DNA of 64,000 nucleotides from Anolis carolinensis (Eukaryota): the NCBI RefSeq assembly GCF_035594765.1, contig NW_026943819.1:29872703-29936702 (forward strand), read 5' to 3'. Within the stretch, counting starts at the first letter, position 1. Each line of letters opens with the position of its first letter. The notes beneath the pieces are model-generated. The model saw nothing but the letters and a program-made list of their open reading frames with translations. It did not search any database and was not told the origin of the DNA. This document shows, piece after piece, positions 38,354 through 51,005 of the stretch. The translations under genes and the position numbers were made by a program.

Positions 38354-38509
38354 GCGCAGTCTCTTTGGCAGGAGCCGGGAGTGGGCTTTGGTCCGTCGAA
38401 GGGGGAAACAAGCTCGTGTGTGTCGGCCTCCTCTATGCTTCCAAAGCCCAGCCGATTCCCAGCACCGTGATCTCTGTGGAGGAAACAACGCGGCCCAGAG
38501 GACGCTCAG
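38354..38509 (+). pseudogene. PCYOX1: Duplicated orphan copy of PCYOX1-B exon 5
   Basis: Identical to 32282-32437; no exons 1-4 of its own. Confidence 0.8.
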
Positions 38510-39724
38510 GTGAGGCAGCATGGACCTCCATCTAGGTAAAATACTGTATATACTTGAGTAGAAGACTAGTTTTTCAGGCGTTTTTTAGGACTGAAAAAAA
38601 GCCTCCTCAGCTTATACTCGGGTGAGGGTCCTGGTGGGCTTATATTCAGGTCGGCTTATACTCAAGTATATATGGTATATTTATTATTTTTCTCTATTAT
38701 TGGTATTGTTACATTTATTATTTTACTCTATTATTATTAATACATTTATTATTTTACTCTATTATTATTATTACACTTAATACTTTATGTATTGTTACAT
38801 TTATTATTTTACTGCATTTACTATTATTATTACATTTATTATTTCACTCTATTATTATTAAAAGGAGACATAAGCACATTTACATTGAAGAAGATGAAAA
38901 TAATGATTTAACCAGAGTTGAACAGTCATATCTTAAATTACAGTTGGATGTAAAGATTCAAAAACATTTAAAGCACTGATGCCTCAATTAATGTAATTTT
39001 ATTGGTACAGTAGAGTCTCGCTTATCCAACGTAAACAGGCCAGCAGAATGTTGGATAAGTGAATATGTTGGATAATAAGGAGAGATTAAGGAAAGGCCTA
39101 TTAAACATCAAATTAGGTTATGATTTTACAAATTAAGCACCAAAACATTATGTTATACAATAAATTTGACAGAAAAAGTATTTCAATACACAATAATGCT
39201 ATGTAGTAATTACTGTATTTACGAATTTAGCGCCAAAATATCACGATATATTGAAAACACTGACTACAAAAATGTGTTGGATAATCCAGAATGTTGGATA
39301 AGCGAGACTCTGCTGTATCTCGGCTTACACTGGAGTCCATGTTTTCCCAGTTTTTTTGTGTTAAAATTAGGTGCCTTGGCTTATATTCAGGTCGGCTTAG
39401 ACTTGGGTATATATGGTAACTGTCACTGCAGGAGGGACATCCCGCAGCACATTTTGCAATGAATATCTCATCATCAAGTTGCAACCAAATCAACCTAACT
39501 TGTGGCAGCCACAAACACAAAGTTTCCGGACTATGACAACTACTTTCAAAGGACGGACTACACAATGAAACAGAAAATAACAAATTTTGTTATATAATTC
39601 TAGGAACAAACTCTTAAGCATATGTCAGGAATTGTTTTCGAACCGATTTCAACGAGTCCTCATCTGTTGTGTCTTTTAATGGTCCTGCTGTTAAGTCTAC
39701 TGATATGTATTTTTTTCCTTTCAG

Positions 39725-40374
39725 GAGAAACCATGAAGCTGTACCAAGTCACCTACAACTCCACCTTCGGAGTAACCTCCGACCTGTACGATATTATTGT
39801 GATGGCCACCCCTTTGCATCGTAAAATCGCCAACATCACCTTCCGCAACTTCAAGCCGCCCATCCCCGAATTCTCCAAGCCCTACCAAGAGATCGTCGCC
39901 ACTTTTGTCCACGGGAACATCAACACTTCCTTCTTCGGCTACCCGGACCCTTCCACGTTCCAACTGAGTGCCATTTTCACGATGGAAAACCCCAAGTTGT
40001 TTGTCAACAGCATTGGCGTCGTCTCTCCCGTGGAAGACAAGGCCAAAGCAGCAGAAGGCTCCCCGGTCTGGAAAGTGTTTTCGGCCCGGCCTTTGACCAA
40101 GGCGCAGCTGGACGTGCTCTTCTCCTCCTACGACTCGGTGGAGTCGAAGCCATGGCTGGCCTACCCCCACTACAGCCCCCCCGAGCAGTGCCCGCCCCTC
40201 GTGATCCACGACCACGTGTACTACGTCAACAGCATCGAGTGCCTTGCGAGCGCCATGGAAATGAGTGCCATCTCGGCCAAGAATGCCGCCCTCCTGGCTC
40301 ACCACCGCTGGTACGACCGGACGGACAAGATCGACCAGGAGGATCTGCACGAGAAACTCAAAACCGAGCTCTGA
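39725..40374 (+). pseudogene. PCYOX1: Duplicated orphan copy of PCYOX1-B exon 6
   Basis: Identical translation to 33653-34302. Confidence 0.8.
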
Positions 40375-42377
40375 CCGTGAGTGGGCACTTGCTTTGGTGG
40401 TAAAGAAAGAAAACGCCCCAAACCACCTGCTTATTTTGAGCCAATTTCCCTTCTGTGACACGTTTGTTTTCGTGATGCGGTATGTGGTAAAAAGACTACT
40501 TCTTTAAAGTGCTTTTATCCGGGTGGTTTCTTTTCCTAACAAAGACCTCTGCAGCCTTTTCTGCAAAGAGCAGATTGTAGGTATTTATTCTTAATCCCAA
40601 CAAAAAACATACATGAGCTGCAGGGGTCAAGAATGTTTGTAATCAACTTATATACAGTAAAGGTAAAGGCTTCCCCCGAGTCATGTCTGACTCTGGCGGT
40701 TGGTGCTCATCTCCATTTCTAAGCCAAAGAGCCGGCGTTGTCTGTAGACACCTCCAAGGTCATGTGGCCATTGGCATGAGTGCATGGAGCGCTGTTACCT
40801 TCCCGCCAGAGCAGTACCTATTGATCTACTCACATTGGCATGTTTTCGAACTGCTAGGTTGGCAGGAGCTGGAGCTAACAGCGGGCGCTTACTCCACTCC
40901 CAGGATTTGAACCTGGGACCTTTCGGTCTCCAGCTCAGTGCTTTAACGCACTTTGCCACCCGGGCTTCTATATACAGTATATACTATATACAGTAGAGTC
41001 TCACTTATCCAACATAAATGGGCCAGCAGAACCTTGGATAAGCGAATATGTTGGATAATAAGGAGAGATTAAGGAAAAGCCTATTAAACATCAAATTAGG
41101 TTATGATTTTACAAATTAAGCACCAAAACATCATGTTAGACAACAAATTTGGCAGAAAAAGTAGTTCAATACGCAGTCATGTTATGTTGTAATTACTGTA
41201 TTTACGAATTTAGCACCAAAATATCATGATATATTGAAAACATTGACTACAAAAATGGCTTGGATAATCCAGAACCTTGAATAAGTGACTCTACTGTAGC
41301 AGGTTGAGGAAAATTCATCTCTCGCACTACAAATCCCAGTGTCCCTGAACATTAGCTTTTTGGGAGCGGGGGGGGGGGGGGGGGGTGTTCAAAAATTATT
41401 TCTACACTAGCTTGAGTTCCTAGCATTGCCCGGGTTATTTGAAAAAGTCAATTCTTAATTGTACAAAACTTATAAGGTTTTTGTATAACTACAACTGACA
41501 TCATGCCAGGTGAATCCTGAAGAACTCCCATCGGTACGTAGTTTTTCATGTTGGGCAGGTTTGCTCTGGATTCATCGTCGGTGAGGTTGGGTGTGCTCTC
41601 TAGCTGTAAGGTAAACTACAACTCCCACTATGGTGTGTCAGTCCCCTCAGACCACCAAAGATCTCCAGTATTTTTTGATGGTCATGGGGGTTCTGTGTGC
41701 CAAGTTAGTTCCAGGTCCATTGCTGGTGGAGTTCAGAGCTTCTTTGATTGCAGGTGAACTATACATCCTAGTCCCTACTAGTCCTATACATCATGGTAAA
41801 TTCTCCCTAAACCTCTCTAGTATGTATGTTCAGTTGCTGATCAATTCCTCTGTTTGCTGAAAGGGTTAAGGGAGAGGCAGTGGGCGGGGTCATGCAAATT
41901 CCATACCAAGTGAGAGAGTAAGGAACACTGGGATGTCTGTGATGGAGGAAACATAAAATCTACGATGAAATGGTCCCCGTCTGAAAGCCTTCACTTGGGT
42001 GGTGGGCAGTATGGTGTCTGCTGAGGACATGGGCAGGGCTCTTAGGTGTGTTTACTGTGCTCTCTCTAACCTGCAATGTCATTGGAAGGAGGGCCAAACA
42101 GCTGTTTGTGGAAGTGGGAGCTTTGTTTGTGGAAGTACACACCCCAGTCACACACATACATATGTTCACTTTAGTTATGTGTATAGTTTGGGAACTCGGC
42201 ATAATTCATAACAGTTGAGTGAAGCTTTCAAAAGAAGAAATTTTAACCCAGTTTTAGCAATTTATTTTTTAAAAAACCTCACAAAGAATGGGTAATTTCC
42301 CCATATCTTGCACAATACAAAATAACGATATTTTAAAAAAGAAAAAAAATGCATTGTAGTAGAGCCCAGTGGTTCCT

Positions 42378-42428
42378 TCACACCCGTTCCAAAGCTTCTA
42401 GCATAATAATACTGTTTCCTCGTATTAC
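42378..42428 (-). CDS. SNRPG: SNRPG exon 4 (VIRGNSIIMLEALERV*)
   Basis: ttctag|GTAATACGAGGAAAC...GTGTGA; AATAAA at 42261-42266(-). Confidence 0.95.
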   Translation of the reverse strand, partial: VIRGNSIIMLEALERV

Positions 42429-42894
42429 CTAGAAATCAAAACAGTGATGTTAAATGGCAGCCTTTCACTAGTTAGAGACATAAGAAAGAAACTGAAGTGG
42501 AGAAAGGTATAGCCTCAAAAAGAGATACAGACAGTCCCAAAGTAACAAAGGACTCATAGATTAGAGCGGGGGTGAGGCAACAGGAAGTGAGAGAAATCTA
42601 CTCCTCGAGGGGAAATTCACTTCTGGAAGGGTTATTATCGGGGAAACGAGGTCTCCACTGAAGCTTTATCCCCAATCCTTGTTTCCAAAACAAGCCAAAT
42701 TTTCCAAAATCCAATTATCACAGGGACAGAAGGTGAGGTGAAATCTGAACACGGGTACAGACAGCAAAACAGACACTCTTCCCTATATAATCCAAAGTAT
42801 GCATATATAGTTGGAGTTACACTTAAGAAATGTTCCGACTTCCATATAACTTGGGGACTGCCTGCACTGTATACAGAATGATAGGATATATCCA

Positions 42895-43276
42895 TGTCAT
42901 GATCTCCAATCCTTGATATCTCTGGTCAGCTGACAAGGAACAGATGCCAGCCATAAAACCTCAATGACCCTCTGGTATGTGGGAGCCCCTATATATGTGG
43001 GCCAAAGAGAAGGTTCTGGGATTCGGTAGAAATTGTCGGATTCTTTTCTCCCAGTTGTGCTATGGGTCAGTCTTCCAAAGGAAAAAAGCACCAAGACACG
43101 CTGGTAGATTCCAACAGATTTTATTGTACCGAATGCCATAACCTTCTCTTTCGCCCACATATATAGGGGCTCCCACATACCAGAGGGTCATTGAGGTTTT
43201 ATGGCTGGCCCGTTTTATGGCTAGCATCTGTTCCTTGTCAGCCGACCAGAGATGTCAAGGATTGGAGATCATGACA
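42895..43276. mobile_element. TG..CA foldback element with ~120-bp terminal inverted repeats (also 36823-37204)
   Basis: TGTCATGATCTCCAATCC...GGATTGGAGATCATGACA; 5-bp TSD ATCCA. Confidence 0.8.
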
Positions 43277-43720
43277 ATCCAATATACACAGGCCTTCCCC
43301 AAGTTATGAACAAGAGAAAGATTTGGTAAGCTTTATTCTTAAGCTGAATTTGTAAGGAAGTCGGAACAGGGACATTTTTAAGTGAAACTCCAGCCAACAC
43401 ACACATATATAAGTATATGTGTATATATATGTGTGTGTGTGAGAGAGAGATTTTGAGAGCCTAGGGCACACAATATAAAATACACACACAGACATATCAA
43501 CAATATTATTATTACAAGACATCCTTGAGTGATGAACATCCAACTTGCAAATGATTTATGTTTTTGGCTAGGGTTATACTAAATACGACTTTCACGCAAA
43601 TTTGACTTAAGAACAAACCTATAAAACCAATCTTGTTCATAAATTGGGAGCTGCCTGTATTTCCTATCATTCATTTTGCAGCTCAAACCATTATTGCAAT
43701 TTCAATCTGCCTGTGCTTAC

Positions 43721-43845
43721 CACCATCCCAATGTTATTCTGTTGTCCACCTGGGGCCATTTCCACGCACTCATCTATCACGAGATTCATAAAGGGATCGA
43801 ATCCTCTTAAGATCCCCTGGACGTGCCGGCCGCCATTTAATTTCA
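43721..43845 (-). CDS. SNRPG: SNRPG exon 3
   Basis: [42 protein letters not shown]; 125 nt; AG/GT. Confidence 0.97.
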
Positions 43846-44391
43846 CTGTAAGGAATGGTCAGCCGGTTAGTATGCCTGCTCTCCATCACCATCTAAAGTT
43901 CAGTGTTACAGGTAAGTAGGTATCACAAGACTAATATCATTCACTAAATTCTGGTTCACATAAGGAGAAAAAATTGCATTCAGTGGACAAGTATCACATT
44001 ATGATTTCTGTCTCCCTCTGTCCTTTATTTGGAGAATCAATGGCCTTGCAAATAGGAAACAAATTGCTACTATTGCAAGTAGCATCAGATAAAGTATAAC
44101 AACAACAACAATAATATTTTTTATTTGTTACTCCCTCTCCTTAGGGCTTGGGGTGGAGAAGAATACAATTTAAACACAATGCCATTCAAGTAAATATATT
44201 TTTTAAAACTTAGAACAAAGGTTACAACACGTTAAAATGATGCAAATTGATATTTTTATGGAGCAAGAAGGGGTTGGAAATTGTTTTCATATGAAGCAAC
44301 TACTGTTTATACAATCCATGGAAGGAAACAGTAGGTGGCAACGTGCATTTTCCTCTCAAACCTCAACAAACAGAAAAGATATTTTACTCAC

Positions 44392-44414
44392 ATGACAGCT
44401 TCTTATCCATAAAT
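44392..44414 (-). CDS. SNRPG: SNRPG exon 2 (23-nt microexon)
   Basis: tttcag|ATTTATGGATAAGAAGCTGTCAT|gtgagt (FMDKKLS). Confidence 0.95.
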
Positions 44415-44565
44415 CTGAAATTTAAAAAGAAAAAATGTATAAGAATGATTGAAGTAAATGCAAAAGTCTTATAGGACTAACATCTACTGTCAATGGTTAT
44501 CCCTATACATACATACATATATACAATATAGTATACAATAATATAATAATATAATATATTGTATA

Positions 44566-44891
44566 CAGTGTTCCCTCACTACTTCGCGGTTCACTTTTCA
44601 AGGAGTCACTGTTTTGCGGTTTTTCAATAAACTCTAAAAGACTATTATAAATCATAAAAAATTACAATTTACAGCCTAAGGAAGGGAGGAAGGAGAAGCC
44701 GAAGGGAGAGAAAAGGAGCCCAAAGGAGGTGATTTATCAACACACGACTGGTTGATAAAGACTTAAAATAGTGTATAACTACTAAAATAATGTATAAATA
44801 TTAAAATAAATATAGTGTCCCTACTTCGAGGATTTTCACTTATTGCGGGTGGTCCTGGAAACTAACCCCAGCGATAAGTGAGGGAACACTG
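44566..44891. mobile_element. Tc1/mariner-type MITE
   Basis: TA|CAGTGTTCCCTCACT...AGTGAGGGAACACTG|TA. Confidence 0.75.
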
Positions 44892-46138
44892 TATACATAT
44901 AATATTGATAATAATATAATAATATTAATTATATATTATATGTAATATTACTAATAATGTTACAGCATAGTGGTATTGTTCAACATAGTAATATATAATG
45001 CTAATATTGTGCTATGCTAATAATGTACATGTAATTGTATGTACATATAATTTGTAAGCCGCTCTGTGTCCCGTAAGGGGTGAGAAGGGCGTGATAGAAA
45101 TGTAATATAAAACTATTTCTTGATTTAAGGCGTCGTTGTGCTGGCTGAAACCGGAACAGGGGATGGGCTGGAGATGTCACTGCCTTGTTCCTTTCATTAC
45201 AGGCTGCTACTTCCCGGCGGATGTTAGGTGGTGCAATGCCGGCTAAACAGTATAATTTCTCCAGTGGTTAATAATATAACAATAAATAGAAGACATTTAT
45301 TTATTTATTTATTTGATTCATTTATATGCCGCCCTTCTCATCCCGAAGGGGACTCAGAGCGGCTTACAAATTAAATTTGCATACAATATTATATTATTAG
45401 CATAGTACAATACTGGTAATAAATTACTATATTGTACTGTATCAATATATAGTAATATTATTACTACAGTAGAGTCTTGCTTATCCAACTTAAACGGGCC
45501 GGCAGAATGTTGGATAATAAGGAGGGATTAAGGAAAAGCCTATTAAACATCAAATTAGGTTATGATTTTACAAATTAAGCACCAAAACATCATGTTATAC
45601 AACAAATTTGACAGAAAAAGTAGTTCAATACGAAATAATGCTATGTATTAATTACTGTATTTACGAATTTAGCACCAAAATGTCACGATTTATTGAAAAC
45701 ATCAACTACAAAAATGCGTTGGACAATCCAGAACGTTGGATAAGTGAGACTCTACTGTACATTATATTATTAGCATAGTACAATACTGGTAATAAATATC
45801 TACTGCAAGTTTGAATAAGCATGACTTTAAAGCAGGCATGGGCAAGCTTGGGCCCTCCAGGTGTTTTGGACTTCAACTCCCACAATTCCTACCGGCTGTT
45901 AGGAATTGTGGGAGTTGAAGTCCAAAACACCTGGAGGGCCCAAGTTTGCCCATGCCTGCTCTATTTTTTCGTAGCTCTATAGCCGAAAACGTATAGCGCA
46001 ATGCATGTTGGGAAGGGAGTAGGCCCAAAGCGGCCTAGCGGTCTTTCCCGGCCTTCCTTCGTTCCCGACCCTTTCGCGTTTAATTCCCGGTCTAACCGCT
46101 TCCTCGATGCCGCCTCCGTTTCCCGGACCTGTACTCAC

Positions 46139-46170
46139 TTCTTCAGCTCCGGCGGGTGCGCTTTGCTCAT
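46139..46170 (-). CDS. SNRPG: SNRPG exon 1 (MSKAHPPELK-K)
   Basis: ATGAGCAAAGCGCACCCGCCGGAGCTGAAGAA|gtgagt; joined CDS gives the 76-aa Sm protein G. Confidence 0.96.
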
Positions 46171-46199
46171 GATTCCACCTCACAAACAGCTTCTTTCGG

Positions 46200-46490
46200 A
46201 CGCTCAAAACGCTCTCCTTCGGCTAAGCCAGCGGATAACGTTCGACCAATCAGGGAGAGCCCGCCGCGCAAGCGCAGAAGCAGGAAAGCGTGAGCCCAAC
46301 TCGACCAACCAACCAGCCAATCGCTGCGGGGAGGAGAGCTAAGCCCCGCCTCCGCAAGCCTGCCTTCCAATCAGAGGCTAAGCAGATGAAATCCCCGCTC
46401 ACTCGTTTTTGGAGGAGGAACCTTTTTTCTAGAATTCCGCGCGGTCCTAATGCGCGCCAGTTCCTGTGCAGCAGCACGTGGCCGAGTTCA
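46200..46490 (-). promoter_or_regulatory. SNRPG CpG promoter
   Basis: Three CCAATC boxes (~46246, 46317, 46367), GC box, CACGTG E-box at ~46475. Confidence 0.7.
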
Positions 46491-48453
46491 GTTCCTTTCT
46501 CTGGATTACAATTCTGGGATCCAAGAAAGGATCTTTTCCTAAAATTGGCATATGGTTGCATATCTTTATATATGAATACCTGAAAGAATTCTAGATAAAA
46601 ATAAGCTCATCTTCAATGTGGCATTTCCAGTGTGTAAAATAATACAGCCTATAAATATGCATATACAAATGAATAATAATAATTTCCTTATTTACACCAA
46701 CACATATATAATAAGCATATATGAGTGTGATGTGGAATATATATATATATATATATTCACAAATATAGTTATATCTAAAGTAAAAATGAAAAATCAGTTA
46801 TAAGGTACACATATACATATACACATATATATTTGTATGTGTGTATATATATATGTATATATATAGATGTGAGTTTGTGTGAGCATATATTTATTTATTA
46901 CAACATATATATATACTGCCCTAATAATAATAATAATACAATATAATATTAATTATATATTACATGTAATATTATTAATATTACAGCATATAGATATAGT
47001 ACAATATGGTAATTTATTGCCAGTATTGTGCTATGCTAATAATATAATAATATTAATTATATATTACATGTAATATTATTAATATTACAATATATAGATA
47101 TAGTACAATATGGTAATTTTTTGCCAGTATTGTGCTATGCTAATAATATAATATAATAATATTAATTATATATTACATGTAATATTATTAATATTACAAT
47201 ATATAGATATAGTACAATATGGTAATTTATTGCCAGTATTGTACTATGCTAATAATATAATATTGTATGTAAATTTAATTTGTAAGCCGCTCTGAATCCC
47301 CTTCAGGGTCAGAAGGGCGGGATATAAATGTATTAAATAAATAAATAAGATATAAAAATATTAAATATATATTTTATATTACATGTAGTATTACTAGTAA
47401 TATATAATAATATTGTGCTATGCTAATCATATAATAAATTGTAAGTAGATATTATTTGTAAGCCGCTCTGAGTCCCCTTCGGGGTGAGAAGGGCGGGATA
47501 TAAATGTAGTAAATAAATAAATATCCAAAAAATAAATTCAAAACAAACACACCTGAAATCCCAGCAATGTATAGTTTTAATTTTTTTATTAAATTCTTTA
47601 GAAAATATTTCACAGTTTAAAGAGAAGGAGGAGAAAAAACAGGAAACCAGAAGACCGTTGGCGATTCTTGTTGTTCCCATTGGAACAAATGCACCCGAAT
47701 TTGTTAAGAATGGCCTCTGAGCAGCGATACATTTCAAAGTTTCGCTTATATTTTCCATTTTGAATTGCTGTCTGCACAATCTAAGGGCATCCTCATTCCT
47801 CATTGAATAGTGCGTCTACACTGTTGAATTAATCCAGTTTGATACCACTTTGAGTTGCAGTGATCCAGGGAGTTTGCAGTTTTGCAAGGCTTCCAGCCAT
47901 CTCTATTGGGAATATGCTGAACAATATCTCCCAGGATTCCAGCGTTTTGAGCCATGGCAGTTAAAGTGCTGTTAAACTACATTAACTCTACAGTGTGGAT
48001 GTACCTTTGTTTTGGTTTTTTTTTTGTGGGGAGATGTGCATATAGTTTTAATTCTGCGTTGTGTTTTTTAACTTATTGTATATATTTTTATTGGTTTTTG
48101 TTTTTGTCCTGATGTTTTATATTTTATCATTGTTTGTATTTTGATTTTGCTGTAAGCCGCCCCGAGTCCCCTCCGGGGGAGATGGAGGCGGGATACAAAT
48201 AAACTTATTATTATTATTATTATATAGCCATGTCTACTTTTAATTTTGCATACAATGGGGAACGTACGGGATTTGAGACAGCACCGAAAGGGAACAAGGG
48301 CCATTTCTTTCCTCCCGTCCACCCGGATCATGTCAAGGCCACCACAAAAGAGTCTCTGCGTTGTCAGAAAATCCGACTCTGTTGCGTTGCTGCTGCTTCT
48401 GCATTTGCGGCCAGCTCTGCAAATCTGCATTGCAAGGCCTTGTGCCTCTGCTC

Positions 48454-48642
48454 CTACTGGGCGATGCCAGCCAGGTTCTCCTTCATCTTCTTGGCCATGC
48501 TGGGGATGAGGCCCAGGTGCTCCTCCACGCAGCGGGAGACGCAGTTCTCCAGCTGGGACTTGACCTGCGGCTCCTTGTTGCCCGAGTCCAAGGCGTCCTT
48601 GGCTTTGTCGTTGCAGTGCATGGTGCAGCGGGACAGGCGGTC
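48454..48642 (-). CDS. FAM136A: FAM136A exon 3
   Basis: [62 protein letters not shown]. Confidence 0.95.
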   Translation of the reverse strand, partial: DRLSRCTMHCNDKAKDALDSGNKEPQVKSQLENCVSRCVEEHLGLIPSMAKKMKENLAGIAQ

Positions 48643-48671
48643 CTGGGGAAAACAGAGAGCGAGAAGAATGA

Positions 48672-49920
48672 GGTGAGGTCATCCGGAGTTTTGGAGTGCG
48701 GTGCCATCTCTACGCGGATGACACCCAACTCTACTACTCCTTTCCACCTAATTCCAAGGAAGCCCCTCGGATTCTGGACCAGTGTCTGGCCGCTGTATTG
48801 GCCTGGATGAGGGCGAACAAGCTGAAGCTCAATCCCGACAAGACAGAGGTCCTCCAGGTCAGTCGTACATCTGATCGGGGTATTGGGTGGCCACCTGTGC
48901 TTGACGGGGTCGCACTCCCCCTGAAGGCGCAGGGCCATTGCAGCTTGGGGGTCCTCCTGGACTCTGCGCTGACACTTGAGGCCCAGGTGTCGGCCGTGGC
49001 TGGGAGGGCCTTTGCACAACTCAAACTTGTGCGCCAGCTGCGACCATACCTCGAGAAGTCAGATCTGACCAGGGTGGTCCATGCCTTAGTTACCTCTAGA
49101 CTGGATTACTGCAATGCGCTCTACGTGGGGCTGCCTTTGAAGACGGCTCGGAAATTGCAACTAGTACAACGATCGGCAGCCAGGTTTCTAACTGGGGCAG
49201 ATTACAGGGCGCGCTCAACGCCGCTGTTTAAAGAGCTCCACTGGCTGCCATTTATTTTCCGAGCCCAATTCAAGGTGCAGGTGATCACCTACAAAGCCCT
49301 TAACGGTTTGGGACCCACCTACCTTCGAGACCGCATTTCCCCCTATGAACCCGCACGACCTCTTTGCTCGTCGGGGGAGGCCCTCCTCTCGCTCCCACCA
49401 CCTTCGCAGTTGCGGTTGGTGGGGACGAGGGAGAGGGCCTTCTCCGCCGTGGCCCCCCGGCTGTGGAACTCGCTCCCCAGGGAGATTAGGCAGGCCCCTA
49501 CCCTACTCTCTTTCAGGAAGAGCCTGAAAACTTGGCTATTCCAGAAGGCCTTCGTTGACTGATCCTTGTGGGATCATGTTATTTACCTATTAAGCAGTAG
49601 ACCCTCTGGATTGTTTTTAGGATTCATTCAGCACTTTAAGTATTACACCTGCTGCATAATTATCCCTCCCTGATAACTTGATATTGCTTTGCACCTTGGC
49701 CTGGATCTTTTGACCCAAATCGGGATTTTAATATTATTGTGTATATTGACTTTTATGACTGTTTTTAATCATGTTGAAGTTTTACTGCTCAGTTTAATGT
49801 TTTATCTGATTTGTGCTGTCGTGTCTGGGCATGGCCCCATGTAAGCCGCCCCGAGTCCCTCCGGGGAGATGGGGCGGGATATAAGAATAAAATTATTATT
49901 ATTATTATATATTATTATTA
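48672..49920 (+). mobile_element. 5'-truncated L2-clade LINE (RT C-terminal part plus 3' UTR)
   Basis: Open 288-aa frame with YADDTQLY, NKLKLNPDKTE, SRLDYCN and LHWLP motifs; stem-loop tail and (TTA)n end. Confidence 0.9.
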
Positions 49921-50297
49921 CTATTGGGTTGCTGGGAGTTTCCTGGGCTGTCCGGCCATCTTCCAGCAGCATTCTCTCCTGATGTTTTGCCTGCATCTGT
50001 GACAAGCACCCTCAGAGGTCTGTTAGAAATGAGGCAAGTGGAGTGCATAATATTTCAGCCCAGCCACTGACCCGTCTCTGGTCACACTTGCAGCTCCAAC
50101 TTTCTCTCCACACTCCAAACTCCAGTCCAGTCTGGAATCAGGGCCAGTCTAGGATACTGGTCAGTCTGGGAACTGGTCAGTCTGGGCCCATAACCAAAAT
50201 GTCAGAGTAATAGCAGCGCAGCAGTAGTTGGATGGAGTCAGTGGAACGCAGAACAAAGACACACCCAGAGACGTTGGTAAAACTATATACAGTAGAG

Positions 50298-51005
50298 CAG
50301 GGGTCCTCAAACTTTTAAAGCCGAGGGCCGGTCCACAATCCTTCAGACTGTGGAGGGGCCGAATTATCATTTGTAAAAAAAACTGAACAAATTCCTATGC
50401 ACACTGCACATGTCTTATTTGTAGTGCAAAACAACAACAACAATGAAAGAACAATACAATATTTAAAAATGAAAACAATTGTAACCAACATAAACCTATC
50501 AAGATTTCAATGGGAAGTGTGGGCCTGCTTCTGGCCAATGAGATAGTCAAGTTAATTAGGATTGTTGTTGTTGTTGTGTGCCTTCAAGTCATTTCAGACT
50601 TTGGCCGAGCCTAAGTCTAAAATTAATTATTTATTCATTTACTACATTTATTTATTACATTTATATCCCGCCCTTCTCACCCCGAAGGGGCCTCAGAGCA
50701 GCTGTATGTACATACAATATATTATATTATTAGCATAGTACAATATTAACATTATATATTACTATATTGAACTATACCACTATACTGTAATATTATGTGT
50801 AATATATATCATATAATTAATATTATTATATGGTATTATTAATATTATATTGTATAACATTATAATATTTTTATCAATATTATATGTATATATAATATAT
50901 TATTTAAAATGATATAAAAATATATTATAAAACTGAGGGCAGGGGCCAGGTAAATGACCTTGGAGGGCCGCATCCGGCCCCCGGGCCTTAGTTTGGGGAC
51001 CCCTG
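50298..51005 (-). mobile_element. hAT element inserted in the TIR of a Tc1/mariner MITE
   Basis: 8-bp TSD CAGTAGAG equals the MITE terminus. Confidence 0.85.

Larger units (their letters stand above)
31388..43535. repeat. 6072-bp tandem duplication (31388-37459 / 37460-43531)
   Basis: All ORFs recur at +6072 with identical translations; junction microhomology ATGA. Confidence 0.95.

Noticed and set aside
37460-40374. Third complete PCYOX1 gene
   Set aside because: Only exons 5-6 are present, as part of the 6072-bp duplication
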